Assembly: GCA_964545475.1 (NCBI GenBank)
Contig: CAZJGG010000002.1
Coordinates: forward strand, 4,892-68,891
DNA: 64,000 bases
From: an uncultured Eubacteriales bacterium
GTDB taxonomy: Bacteria > Bacillota > Clostridia > Lachnospirales > JAISER01
Reading direction: 5' to 3'
The notes beneath the pieces were generated by a model, which searched no databases, had not been told where the DNA came from, and worked only from the letters and a program-made list of their open reading frames with translations. Below, one piece after another: positions 46,551 through 55,803 of the stretch (positions are counted from its first letter, which is position 1; every line of letters starts with the position of its first letter). A program made the position numbers and the translations under genes.

Positions 46551-47024
46551 ATGTCTGAAAAGAAAACAGTCCTTACTTATGAAGGCTTAAAAAAATTAGA
46601 AGAAGAATTACAGCATTTAAAAACGGTACGCCGTAAAGAAGTTGCTGAAAAAATAAAAGAAGCAAGAGGCCAAGGGGACTTGTCCGAAAACGCCGAATAT
46701 GACTTTGCCAAAGAAGAACAGGCGGAGATTGAAGCAAGAATTGTTGTTTTGGAAAAAATGCTTAGAAACGCCGAGGTTATCGACGAGGAAGATTTAGACA
46801 AGGGCGTTGTAAACGTTGGCAACACTGTTAAAATGTTTGACCATGAATATCAAGAAGAAGTTGTATATACAATAGTAGGTTCTGCCGAAGCAGACCCAGT
46901 AAAAGGTAAAATTTCTAACGAATCACCTTTGGGTATTGCTCTTATTGGGCACAGCGCCGGGGAAACTATAAAGGTTGAAGCACCCGACGGGATTTTATCA
47001 TACGATATTTTAGAAATTAAATAA
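46551..47024 (+). CDS. greA: Transcription elongation factor GreA
   Basis: [13 protein letters not shown]...[10 protein letters not shown] coiled-coil tip and a C-terminal FKBP-like domain. The ATG at 46551 follows GAGGGTG. Confidence 0.95.
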   Translation: MSEKKTVLTYEGLKKLEEELQHLKTVRRKEVAEKIKEARGQGDLSENAEYDFAKEEQAEIEARIVVLEKMLRNAEVIDEEDLDKGVVNVGNTVKMFDHEYQEEVVYTIVGSAEADPVKGKISNESPLGIALIGHSAGETIKVEAPDGILSYDILEIK

Positions 47025-47064
47025 ACTACCGGTATCAAAGCCGGGATCAAAAGAGGAGATTAAT

Positions 47065-48561
47065 ATGCCGGATAATTTTATTGAATCAGTCCACGATGAT
47101 AGCGATTTGAACGAACTTTTAAAAGTTAGACGTGAAAAGCTTGCAAAGCTTCAAAGCGAAGGGAAAGACCCTTTTGTTCGCGTCAAGTACAGCGTTACAA
47201 ATCATTCATGCGACATTCACAACGACTTTGATAAGCTTGAGGGGCAGGAAGTTTCTGTTGCCGGGAGAATGATGACAAAGCGTATTATGGGCAAAGCCTC
47301 TTTTTGTGACGTACAAGACAGAGAGGGTCGCATACAAATTTATGTGCGCAGGGAAGACTTGGGCGAAGAATATTACGCAGATTTCAAGCATTATGATATC
47401 GGCGACATTGTCGGCGTAAAAGGCGTTGTATTTAGAACTCAAAAAGGCGAAATTTCTGTTAAAGCTTCGGAAGTTGTGCTTTTATGCAAAAGCCTTCAAG
47501 TGCTTCCGGAAAAATTCCATGGTCTTAAGGATACGGAAATGCGCTATAGAATGAGATATTTAGATTTAATTGTTAACCCCGAAGTTAAAGAAGTATTTAT
47601 TAAACGCTCTAAAATTATAAAAGCAATTAGAAGATTTATGGACGACAGAGGGTATATAGAGGTTGAAAACCCTATTTTGCAAACAAACCCCGGCGGCGCT
47701 AACGCACGCCCATTTGCAACCCACCATAACGCTCTTGATTTGCCTATGTATATGAGAATTGCCTTGGAGCTTCACTTGAAAAGGCTTATTGTGGGTGGGC
47801 TTGAAAGAGTTTACGAACTTGGCAGAGTTTTCCGCAACGAAGGCATAAGCATTAAACACAACCCGGAATTTACTATGATAGAGCTTTACGAAGCGTATAC
47901 AGACTATTACGGCATGATGGAGCTTATTGAAAGTATGATGAAAGCCGTAGTTAGCGAAGTTTGCGACAGCCCAATTGTAAAATACGGCGTTCACGAAATT
48001 GACTTTTCAAAACCATTTACAGTGCTTACAATGGTTGATGCTGTTAAAAAATATGCAGACGTAGACTTTGACGAAATTGAAACAACAGAAGATGCTAGAG
48101 CTGTTGCACGCAAACACGGCGTTCACTTTGAGCATTATCACAAAAAAGGCGAAATCCTTTGCTCTTTCTTTGAGCAGTTTGCAGAAGACAAGCTTATTCA
48201 GCCGACATTTTTAATTGACCACCCGGTTGAAGTTTCTCCGCTTACAAAAAGAAAGCCGGATAAACCGGATTATACTGAAAGGTTTGAGCTTTTTATAGTG
48301 GGCAGGGAATTTGCAAACGCTTATTCCGAACTTAACGACCCTATTGACCAACGTACTCGTTTTGAATATCAGGAATCTTTACGTGAAGCCGGCGACGAAG
48401 AAGCCAACAGAATTGACGAAGACTTCCTTTTAGCTCTCGAATACGGTATGCCCCCAACGGGCGGTCTCGGTTTAGGTATAGATCGTTTTGTTATGCTTTT
48501 AACAAACTCTTATTCAATAAGAGACGTATTATTGTTCCCAACTATGCGCCCGACATTATAA
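47065..48561 (+). CDS. lysS: Lysine--tRNA ligase (class II)
   Basis: OB-fold N-terminus, [20 protein letters not shown] (motif 2) and [11 protein letters not shown] (motif 3). Confidence 0.96.
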   Translation: MPDNFIESVHDDSDLNELLKVRREKLAKLQSEGKDPFVRVKYSVTNHSCDIHNDFDKLEGQEVSVAGRMMTKRIMGKASFCDVQDREGRIQIYVRREDLGEEYYADFKHYDIGDIVGVKGVVFRTQKGEISVKASEVVLLCKSLQVLPEKFHGLKDTEMRYRMRYLDLIVNPEVKEVFIKRSKIIKAIRRFMDDRGYIEVENPILQTNPGGANARPFATHHNALDLPMYMRIALELHLKRLIVGGLERVYELGRVFRNEGISIKHNPEFTMIELYEAYTDYYGMMELIESMMKAVVSEVCDSPIVKYGVHEIDFSKPFTVLTMVDAVKKYADVDFDEIETTEDARAVARKHGVHFEHYHKKGEILCSFFEQFAEDKLIQPTFLIDHPVEVSPLTKRKPDKPDYTERFELFIVGREFANAYSELNDPIDQRTRFEYQESLREAGDEEANRIDEDFLLALEYGMPPTGGLGLGIDRFVMLLTNSYSIRDVLLFPTMRPTL

Positions 48562-48570
48562 AATACTATG

Positions 48571-48602
48571 GAGCTGTCCGCTTTTTCGGGCAGCTTTTTT
48601 AA
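48571..48602 (+). terminator. Rho-independent terminator after lysS
   Basis: Stem agctgtccg / cgggcagct followed by T6. Confidence 0.7.
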
Positions 48603-48625
48603 AACAATTATACAGGAGGATTATA

Positions 48626-49054
48626 ATGGATTATCAAAAGCTTGCGAAATTAGCGGTTGATGCTAAAAAAATGTCTTATTCCCCATATTCACATTTTCAG
48701 GTTGGTGCGGCGCTTTTATGCAAAAGCGGAAAAGTGTATACAGGGGCAAACATTGAAAATGCGGCGTATACACCAACAAACTGCGCAGAAAGAACAGCAG
48801 TTTTTAAAGCCGTTTCCGAGGGTGAGAGAGAATTTTTGGCAATAAGTGTTTCCGGTTCTTATGCCGGAGAAAACGGAGATTATTGTTACCCCTGCGGCGT
48901 TTGCAGACAGGTTCTTATTGAATTTGTTAATGCAAATACCTTTGAGGTTATTGTTGCAAAAAGTGAAGACGATTATAAAGTCCATAAATTTAGTGAAATT
49001 TTACCTTACGGCTTTTCGCCTAAAGATTTGGGGGACTTAAATGAGAATAGTTGA
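48626..49054 (+). CDS. cdd: Cytidine deaminase
   Basis: CAERTAVF zinc motif and PCGVCRQ. Confidence 0.95.
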   Translation: MDYQKLAKLAVDAKKMSYSPYSHFQVGAALLCKSGKVYTGANIENAAYTPTNCAERTAVFKAVSEGEREFLAISVSGSYAGENGDYCYPCGVCRQVLIEFVNANTFEVIVAKSEDDYKVHKFSEILPYGFSPKDLGDLNENS

Positions 49055-50360
49055 TATAATTAATAAAAAGAAAAACGGTTTTGCCTTAGCAAAAAATGAA
49101 ATTGAATTTGTTGTTGATGGCTTTACTAAAGGTGAAATTCCAGATTATCAAATGTCTGCGCTTTTAATGGCTATTTATTTCAAAGGCATGGACGAAAAAG
49201 AAACAAATTGTTTAACAATGGCTATGGCAAACTCCGGCGATGTAGTTGATTTAAGCGAAATCCCCGGTATAAAAGTAGACAAACATTCAACGGGAGGGGT
49301 AGGGGACAAAACTTCTCTTATTCTTGCCCCAATTGTTGCCAGCTACGGCGTTTATGTTGCAAAAATGAGCGGAAGAGGTCTTGGGCATACAGGAGGGACA
49401 ATTGACAAACTTGAAGCCATACCTGGGCTTAAAACAAGCTTTTCCCAAAAAGAATTTATTAACATTGTTAAAGAAAATGGGCTGTGCATTGGGGGCAGCG
49501 GAGATTTAGCCCCTGCGGACAAAAAAATTTACGCTCTCAGAGACGTTACCGCAACCGTTGATAACATTTCCCTCATTGCTTCCAGCATAATGAGCAAAAA
49601 AATTGCGGCTGGCTCAGACTGTATTTTACTGGACGTTAAAACCGGCAGCGGTGCATTTATGAAATCTTACGAGGACTCCGTTGCTCTTGCTAAGGAAATG
49701 GTTAAAATCGGGGATGGCTGCGGTAGAAAAACCGTTGCAATTATTTCTGATATGGGAACGCCACTAGGTAACGCAATTGGCAATACTCTTGAAATATGTG
49801 AAGTTATTGATGTGCTTCACGGAAACGGACCTAAAGATTTAACAGATATTTGCGTTGAACTTGCGGCGAATATGCTTAATTTAGCTGGAAAAGGCGAACT
49901 TAATACGTGCAGAGAAATGGCTCAAAACGCCTTAAAAGACGGAAGTGCATTTGAAAAATTTAAACAAATGATTAAAGGGCAATACGGCCACACATCATAC
50001 ATTGATAACCCTGAAACTTTTGAAAAAGCATCTATACTTTACGAAGTTGAATCCCCCGGAACGGGATATATAAGCGCAATGAACGCCGAAGAACTTGGCG
50101 TTGCCGCAATGATTTTAGGCGCAGGGAGAGAAACAAGCGGGCAAAGCATAGATTTTACAGCAGGTATTATTCTAAAAGCCAAAACAGGGGATTTTGTTGA
50201 AAAAGGTCAAACAATCGCCGTTCTACATTGTAATGACATGGAAAAAGCCAAATCCGCCAGCGAAAAAATAATTCAAAATATAACCTTTTCAGATTTTAAA
50301 CCAGAAATGACTAAGCTTTTCTATTCAAGAGTTGATGTAAAACAAATAACAGAATATTAG
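49041..50360 (+). CDS. pdp: Pyrimidine-nucleoside (thymidine) phosphorylase
   Basis: DKHSTGGVGDKTSL and SGRGLGHTGGTIDKLE motifs. Overlaps cdd by 14 nt. Confidence 0.95.
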   Translation: MRIVDIINKKKNGFALAKNEIEFVVDGFTKGEIPDYQMSALLMAIYFKGMDEKETNCLTMAMANSGDVVDLSEIPGIKVDKHSTGGVGDKTSLILAPIVASYGVYVAKMSGRGLGHTGGTIDKLEAIPGLKTSFSQKEFINIVKENGLCIGGSGDLAPADKKIYALRDVTATVDNISLIASSIMSKKIAAGSDCILLDVKTGSGAFMKSYEDSVALAKEMVKIGDGCGRKTVAIISDMGTPLGNAIGNTLEICEVIDVLHGNGPKDLTDICVELAANMLNLAGKGELNTCREMAQNALKDGSAFEKFKQMIKGQYGHTSYIDNPETFEKASILYEVESPGTGYISAMNAEELGVAAMILGAGRETSGQSIDFTAGIILKAKTGDFVEKGQTIAVLHCNDMEKAKSASEKIIQNITFSDFKPEMTKLFYSRVDVKQITEY

Positions 50361-50382
50361 GCAGGCTCTTATAGGTGATTAA

Positions 50383-51090
50383 ATGAAGCTAAAGGAATTT
50401 TTAATTGGAAATATCCCTGCAATTTTGTGGGGAGATAAAAGCACTAAATTGGTTATTGCAGTACACGGCAATATGTCATCGAAATCTGATGTGCCTATTG
50501 CCGTTTTAGCAGAAGAAGCCGTGCCTCTTGGCTATCAAGTATTAAGCTTTGATTTACCAGAGCATGGCGAAAGAAAAACTGAGCCAACTCTATGTAAAGT
50601 GCAGACATGTGTTGCGGAACTGGAAGAAGTAATAAAATTCGCAAAACAGCAAGTTAGTTCTATTTCTCTAATTGCTAACAGTATGGGTGCATACTTTAGT
50701 TTGCTTGCATATAAAGACGAAGATATAAAACAAAACTTATTTCTTTCACCTGTTGTGGATATGGAACGCATAATTAATAATATAATGGGCTGGTTTAACA
50801 TTTCAGAAGAACAGCTTTATAAAGAAAAAGTAGTTCCTACACCTATCGGGCAAACCCTATATTGGGACTATTATCAATATGTGAAAAATAACCCCATTGA
50901 AAAATGTAATGCTCCTACAGCCATTTTGTATGGCAAAAAAGATGAAATATGCGAATATGATTATGTTTCCTCTTTTACTAAAAAGTATAATTGCAAATTG
51001 GATATATCGGAAATCTCTGGACATTATTTTCATACGAAAGAGGATATTAAGATTTATCGTGATTGGATTAGAATGAACATTGCAAAATAG
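50383..51090 (+). CDS. Alpha/beta-fold hydrolase
   Basis: VIAVHGN, nucleophile elbow ANSMGA and a C-terminal GHYFH. 235 aa. Confidence 0.7.
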   Translation: MKLKEFLIGNIPAILWGDKSTKLVIAVHGNMSSKSDVPIAVLAEEAVPLGYQVLSFDLPEHGERKTEPTLCKVQTCVAELEEVIKFAKQQVSSISLIANSMGAYFSLLAYKDEDIKQNLFLSPVVDMERIINNIMGWFNISEEQLYKEKVVPTPIGQTLYWDYYQYVKNNPIEKCNAPTAILYGKKDEICEYDYVSSFTKKYNCKLDISEISGHYFHTKEDIKIYRDWIRMNIAK

Positions 51091-51130
51091 ATGTTTTTGC
51101 GATATGCATTATTCAAATAAGGGGTAAGTT

Positions 51131-52018
51131 ATGGATTTAGATTTACTAAAGAAAATTAAAAAAAACAGCATAAGAGTTGCATTAAATAAAATGAATAAAA
51201 ACAGCATTAGAGTTACATATGATTCTGATACAAAAGCGGAATTTCCTATTGGATGTTCCAAAATTGGTGGAAAACCTGATTTACCAAAAGATTTTAAATG
51301 GTTTTATTTTAATGGAATAGCATACGATGAAATTGAAAAAAACCGTCCATTAAGTTTCCTTGCTCAAATTAATTGCAAAGATGCAAAAAAATACGATATT
51401 GAAAGTTTATTACCAGCGCAAGGTATACTGTACTTTTTTTATGAAATTGAAACATTGACAGGCGGCTTTGACTCGAAAGATAAAGGAAGTGCAAAAGTAT
51501 ACTACTATGCTGGAAGTGAATCTGAACTTAGACGAACTGATTTCCCGACAGATTTACTTGATGAATACAAATTACCTGAAATGACAATTAATTTTGAATC
51601 AGAAGATGATTTTCCTTGTTTTGAGGAGTTTATTCAATGGCATCCACAGTTTGACTATAAACAATCGAACACTTATGAGGATTTAAAAGGCAAATTAGTT
51701 CCATTGCATGAGGAAGGGGAAAATATCAATAAGCTTCTTGGATATGCTAACCTAATTCAAGATGGAATGTTGTTAGACTGTGAACTGGTTGCAAATGGCA
51801 TTTGTACAGGAACATCTATAGAAATTCAGAAATCTGACTTAAAACAGTATAAAAAAGATTGCATAAAGTGGCAGTTGTTGTTTCAGCTGGATTCTATTCA
51901 AACTAAGGGGTACGAAATGGTTTGGGGAGACGTTGGCAGAATTTACTTCTATATACGAAGAGATGATTTAAAAGAATTAAATTTTGATAATTGCTGGCTG
52001 ATTCTTCAATGCTATTAA
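51131..52018 (+). CDS. DUF1963 (YwqG-like) domain protein
   Basis: GCSKIGGKPDLP, LLGYANLIQDGM and WGDVGRIYFYIRRDDL resemble the YwqG/DUF1963 pattern. Confidence 0.65.
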   Translation: MDLDLLKKIKKNSIRVALNKMNKNSIRVTYDSDTKAEFPIGCSKIGGKPDLPKDFKWFYFNGIAYDEIEKNRPLSFLAQINCKDAKKYDIESLLPAQGILYFFYEIETLTGGFDSKDKGSAKVYYYAGSESELRRTDFPTDLLDEYKLPEMTINFESEDDFPCFEEFIQWHPQFDYKQSNTYEDLKGKLVPLHEEGENINKLLGYANLIQDGMLLDCELVANGICTGTSIEIQKSDLKQYKKDCIKWQLLFQLDSIQTKGYEMVWGDVGRIYFYIRRDDLKELNFDNCWLILQCY

Positions 52019-52072
52019 AGAGCAGAATGTAATTCTATGTACGCACCGGCTTTACAAAACCAGTGCAAAAGC

Positions 52073-53332
52073 TTAATCAACAAATTTTATGCTTGCGCCC
52101 ATTTGCTGTAAAGCCCTTTCTATACTATCGTATCCACGCTCTATGTGTTCAGAATTAGTTACAATAGTATTTCCCTCTGCGGTCAGTCCTGCTAATATTA
52201 GCGCTGCGCCGCCACGTAAATCTTTGGAGCTTACTGTTGCGCCCTTAAGCTTTTTAACTCCTCTTATTATAAATGTTTTTCCGTCTGTCGAAACAAGTAT
52301 GTTTGCGCCCATTCTCGTTAGTTCGCTTATATGCTTGTTTCGGGATTCAAAAAGCGTTTCTTCAATTACGCTTGTGCCATTCGCTATGCTTAAAAGCGCC
52401 ATTAGCTGGGGCTGCATATCCGTTGGAAATCCGGGGTGGGGCAGCGTTACAAGCCTATTAACGCTTTTTAATTTCCCGGGGGCTTGAAGCGTAATAATAT
52501 TTTTCTCTTCCTTAACAATACATCCGGTTTCAAGAAGCTTTGAGGTTATAGGGTATAAATGCGCAGGGTTAACGTTTGTAAGAGTGACTGAGCCTTTTGT
52601 TATTGCGGCGGCAACTAAATAAGTTCCGGCAACAATTCTGTCCGGCATAACGATGTGTTCAACCCCATGAAGCTTTTTAACCCCTTCTATAACAATTGTA
52701 TCGGTTCCTGCGCCTTTTACTTTAGCGCCGCAACCGTTCAAGAACACTTGTAAATCACATATTTCAGGTTCCTTTGCGGCGCAGTTTATAATTGTTTCGC
52801 CTTCGGCAAAAACAGCCGCAAGCATAATGTTTTCCGTTGCGCCCACGCTGGGGAAATCCAAATTTATTTTTGCTCCAATGAGCCTATCCGTTTCACAATT
52901 TATAAATCCGTGTTCTTCCGTTATATTTACGTTCATTTGGCGAAGCGCTTTTAAATGAAGGTCTACCGGGCGAGAGCCTAACTCACATCCTCCGGGGTAA
53001 GAAATTCTGACCTTTTTAAACCTGCCTAAAACCCCGCCTAAAAATATAAATGAGGAACGCATTTTCTTAACTAAATTGGCCGGAACTTCGGTTTCTAACA
53101 TCGGCTTAGAGTTAACAATAAGCGTATCTTTCTCCACTTTCGTCTTACATCCTAAGGCTTCTAAAATCTCTATTGAAATAGTAGTATCTAAAATCTTAGG
53201 AAAATTGGTTATAACAGACGTGTCTCCGTTGAGTATGGTCGCCGCAAGAATCGGCAAAATTGCGTTTTTGCCGCCGCCAATACTTAATTCGCCCGACAGC
53301 TTTTTTTGGCCGCAGACATGATATTCGCCCAT
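52073..53332 (-). CDS. murA: UDP-N-acetylglucosamine 1-carboxyvinyltransferase
   Basis: GGKNAILPILAA and active-site YPGGCELGSRPVDLH. GGGGGTG precedes the ATG at 53332. Confidence 0.95.
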   Translation of the reverse strand: MGEYHVCGQKKLSGELSIGGGKNAILPILAATILNGDTSVITNFPKILDTTISIEILEALGCKTKVEKDTLIVNSKPMLETEVPANLVKKMRSSFIFLGGVLGRFKKVRISYPGGCELGSRPVDLHLKALRQMNVNITEEHGFINCETDRLIGAKINLDFPSVGATENIMLAAVFAEGETIINCAAKEPEICDLQVFLNGCGAKVKGAGTDTIVIEGVKKLHGVEHIVMPDRIVAGTYLVAAAITKGSVTLTNVNPAHLYPITSKLLETGCIVKEEKNIITLQAPGKLKSVNRLVTLPHPGFPTDMQPQLMALLSIANGTSVIEETLFESRNKHISELTRMGANILVSTDGKTFIIRGVKKLKGATVSSKDLRGGAALILAGLTAEGNTIVTNSEHIERGYDSIERALQQMGASIKFVD

Positions 53333-53494
53333 CAAAATACACCCCCATAATTGCGTATAATCCAGTTTATGCACTATTTTGGAAAGTTGTTACAAGTTGC
53401 AAGCTGTGATGGGATGTTCAATTTTTTGCAAGAAACATACATTAGTAAATTATAAAAAGCCCAAGGGTTTATACCGCAAGGACTTTTTTAAATT

Positions 53495-55789
53495 TTATCT
53501 TACTTTAAACACATTAATCATATCCATCAAAATCTGCGCTTGGGAATTAAGCTCTTCTGAAGCAGCGGCGGATTGCTCTGTAGCCGCTAAATTATTTTTA
53601 ACAACATCTGAAATCTTCTTTATTCCATCGCTAACACTTGAAATTGAGTTGGCCTGTTCTTCAGAAGCCCCGGTAATTTGGTCAATAAGCCCGGAAACTT
53701 CATTGGCGTTTTCAACGATAATGTTAAGTTCTGCCGCTGTTTCTTCCGCAATTTTCATGCCGTTATTAACTCTGGTTATGGAATTTTCAATTAATTCCGA
53801 CGTTTCTTTTGCGGCGGTTAAGCTTCTCCCGGCAAGGTTTCTTACTTCTTCCGCAACTACAGAGAAGCCTTTGCCGTGTGCGCCGGCTCTTGCAGCCTCT
53901 ACTGCGGCGTTAAGAGCAAGTAAATTTGTTTGGAAAGCAATATCGTCAATAACTTTTATTATTTTAGAAATGTTTCCGGACGAATCTTTTATGCCTTCCA
54001 TTGATTCCAGCATATTTTGCATTGCCTCATTGCCTTTTCTTGCGTTTGCAATTGATTTTTCAGAAAGCGCATTAGCATTTAAGGCGTTTTGCGCATTATT
54101 CCTTGTTTTAGTGCTTATGTCGTTTACTGAATCAGTCAGTTCTCTAAGGGAGATGTCTTGCTCGTTAGCTCCCTGTGCAAGCTCGCTTGCGCTGCTTGCA
54201 GTCAATTTAGAACCTTCTAGCACCTGCTCTGAAGAAGCTAAAATAGTAGCCATAGTGTCACTTAATGAATCGTTTATTGTGTTTATGGAGTCTTTAATTG
54301 TAGTAAAATCTCCTAAATACTCTCTTTGTATGCTTTGAGACAAATCTCCGCCAGCCATTTTGGAAAGAATATCGTTAATTTCCTTTATATAAGAAGATAT
54401 TTCTGCAACAGTTGTATTAAGAGAATCTTTTACAATTGCAAAGCTTCCTTCGTAGTCTCCTTTTACACTTATGGATAAATCCCCTTTAGACATTTGCAAA
54501 AGTGCTTCGGAAGCTTCGGTTATTGGAGTGGAAACAGCTTCTAAAAGATTGTTAAGCCCCTCCATAATCTCGATCCAGTCTCCGCTGTAATTAGAGGTAT
54601 CTATTCTGTTTGTAAGGTTGCCTTTAATAGCACTATCTGCAAGGTTTTTAACAGATTCAGAAATTGCCTTAATAGCGCTCCTTACACCTTCTATAACATC
54701 ATTAATAAAAACTTTTTTTCCAGGTAATTTTTCCATAGGCGCATTAAAGTCGCCAGCTACGATTTCGCCTAATGTTGACATAGCGGTTTTATTTGTTTCA
54801 ATATACCCGGAAACCATTTCATTAACAAGGCTTGCCGCCTCTTTGTAAGACCCATAATATCTATCAACGTCAATAAATAAATCGATATTTCCGTTAACAT
54901 TATGTTCTTTAGACATATATGCTAAATCGTTAACAAGACTTTTTATAACATCGGCAACCTCAAAAAAGCTGTTTGCAAGAAGGCCTGTTTCATCGTCTGT
55001 TGTTTTGTATTTATTAAAGTTAAAATCGCCCTTTGCAACACTATCAGTAATTGATAGCAACCTTTTCATTGGTTTTGTAATCCTTGAAGCAGTTAAATAG
55101 GCAATAATTATTGACAAAACCATTAAACCGATGCCTAAAAAGAAAATTGCGGACTGAACATTATATGTTGATAAATTAATATTATCTGAAAGCTGTTCTG
55201 TGATAGAATGAATATCCTCTAAATAATTACCAGTACCAACAACCCAGTCAAAGGGAGCATAATATTTGGCGTATCCACGTTTCTCCTTTGCTGCTGTTTC
55301 TCCGGCTTTTGGGAAAAAATAATTTGTATATCCTCCGTCCGGCTGCTTAGCGCTGTTAATAATATCTTTAATATATTCGTTGCCTTTTTCATCCTTGGCA
55401 TTAAATCTGTTTGTGCCCTCAGTTTCCTTTCCTAATAAAACAACATTTACGCCCTCAGAGGTGTCTACCCAGAAATAATTTGTTTTTTCATACCGTAACT
55501 CTCTTATTACGTCCGCAGCTTGCTTTTTTGCTTCGCTTAGAGTCAACTCGCCATTTTGGCTTTTTTTGTAATAATAATCACAAATACTTAACGCATTTTC
55601 AACTTGAAGATATACTATTCTGTCGAAATTTTGGTTCATTAACTCTTCTTGTTCAGTGAGCCTTGACCTTCCAACTTCTCTTACGTTACGAATACCGAAA
55701 AGACCAATAACTGTTATCATTATAATGCTTAAAAATATTGAACTTGAAATAAGCTGCTGTTTTATTGTTCTTCTCATTTTGGGTTTCAT
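53495..55789 (-). CDS. Methyl-accepting chemotaxis protein (Cache-type sensor, repeated HAMP-like linkers)
   Basis: N-terminal TM, periplasmic Cache-like region (YFWVDT...YAPFDWVVGTG), second TM, long HAMP-like repeats, and the highly conserved signalling hairpin IDDIAFQTNLLALNAAVEAARAGAHGKGFSVVAEEVRNLA. Confidence 0.93.
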   Translation of the reverse strand: MKPKMRRTIKQQLISSSIFLSIIMITVIGLFGIRNVREVGRSRLTEQEELMNQNFDRIVYLQVENALSICDYYYKKSQNGELTLSEAKKQAADVIRELRYEKTNYFWVDTSEGVNVVLLGKETEGTNRFNAKDEKGNEYIKDIINSAKQPDGGYTNYFFPKAGETAAKEKRGYAKYYAPFDWVVGTGNYLEDIHSITEQLSDNINLSTYNVQSAIFFLGIGLMVLSIIIAYLTASRITKPMKRLLSITDSVAKGDFNFNKYKTTDDETGLLANSFFEVADVIKSLVNDLAYMSKEHNVNGNIDLFIDVDRYYGSYKEAASLVNEMVSGYIETNKTAMSTLGEIVAGDFNAPMEKLPGKKVFINDVIEGVRSAIKAISESVKNLADSAIKGNLTNRIDTSNYSGDWIEIMEGLNNLLEAVSTPITEASEALLQMSKGDLSISVKGDYEGSFAIVKDSLNTTVAEISSYIKEINDILSKMAGGDLSQSIQREYLGDFTTIKDSINTINDSLSDTMATILASSEQVLEGSKLTASSASELAQGANEQDISLRELTDSVNDISTKTRNNAQNALNANALSEKSIANARKGNEAMQNMLESMEGIKDSSGNISKIIKVIDDIAFQTNLLALNAAVEAARAGAHGKGFSVVAEEVRNLAGRSLTAAKETSELIENSITRVNNGMKIAEETAAELNIIVENANEVSGLIDQITGASEEQANSISSVSDGIKKISDVVKNNLAATEQSAAASEELNSQAQILMDMINVFKVR

Positions 55790-55803
55790 TTATTTCCTCC
55801 TTT

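Noticed and set aside
53379-54338. 319-aa plus-strand ORF antisense to the chemoreceptor gene
   Set aside because: It is a low-complexity Ser/Ala/Leu-rich translation that mirrors the Ala/Glu/Ser-rich MCP coding strand. It has no RBS or recognisable motif. The MCP on the minus strand has unmistakable signalling-domain motifs.
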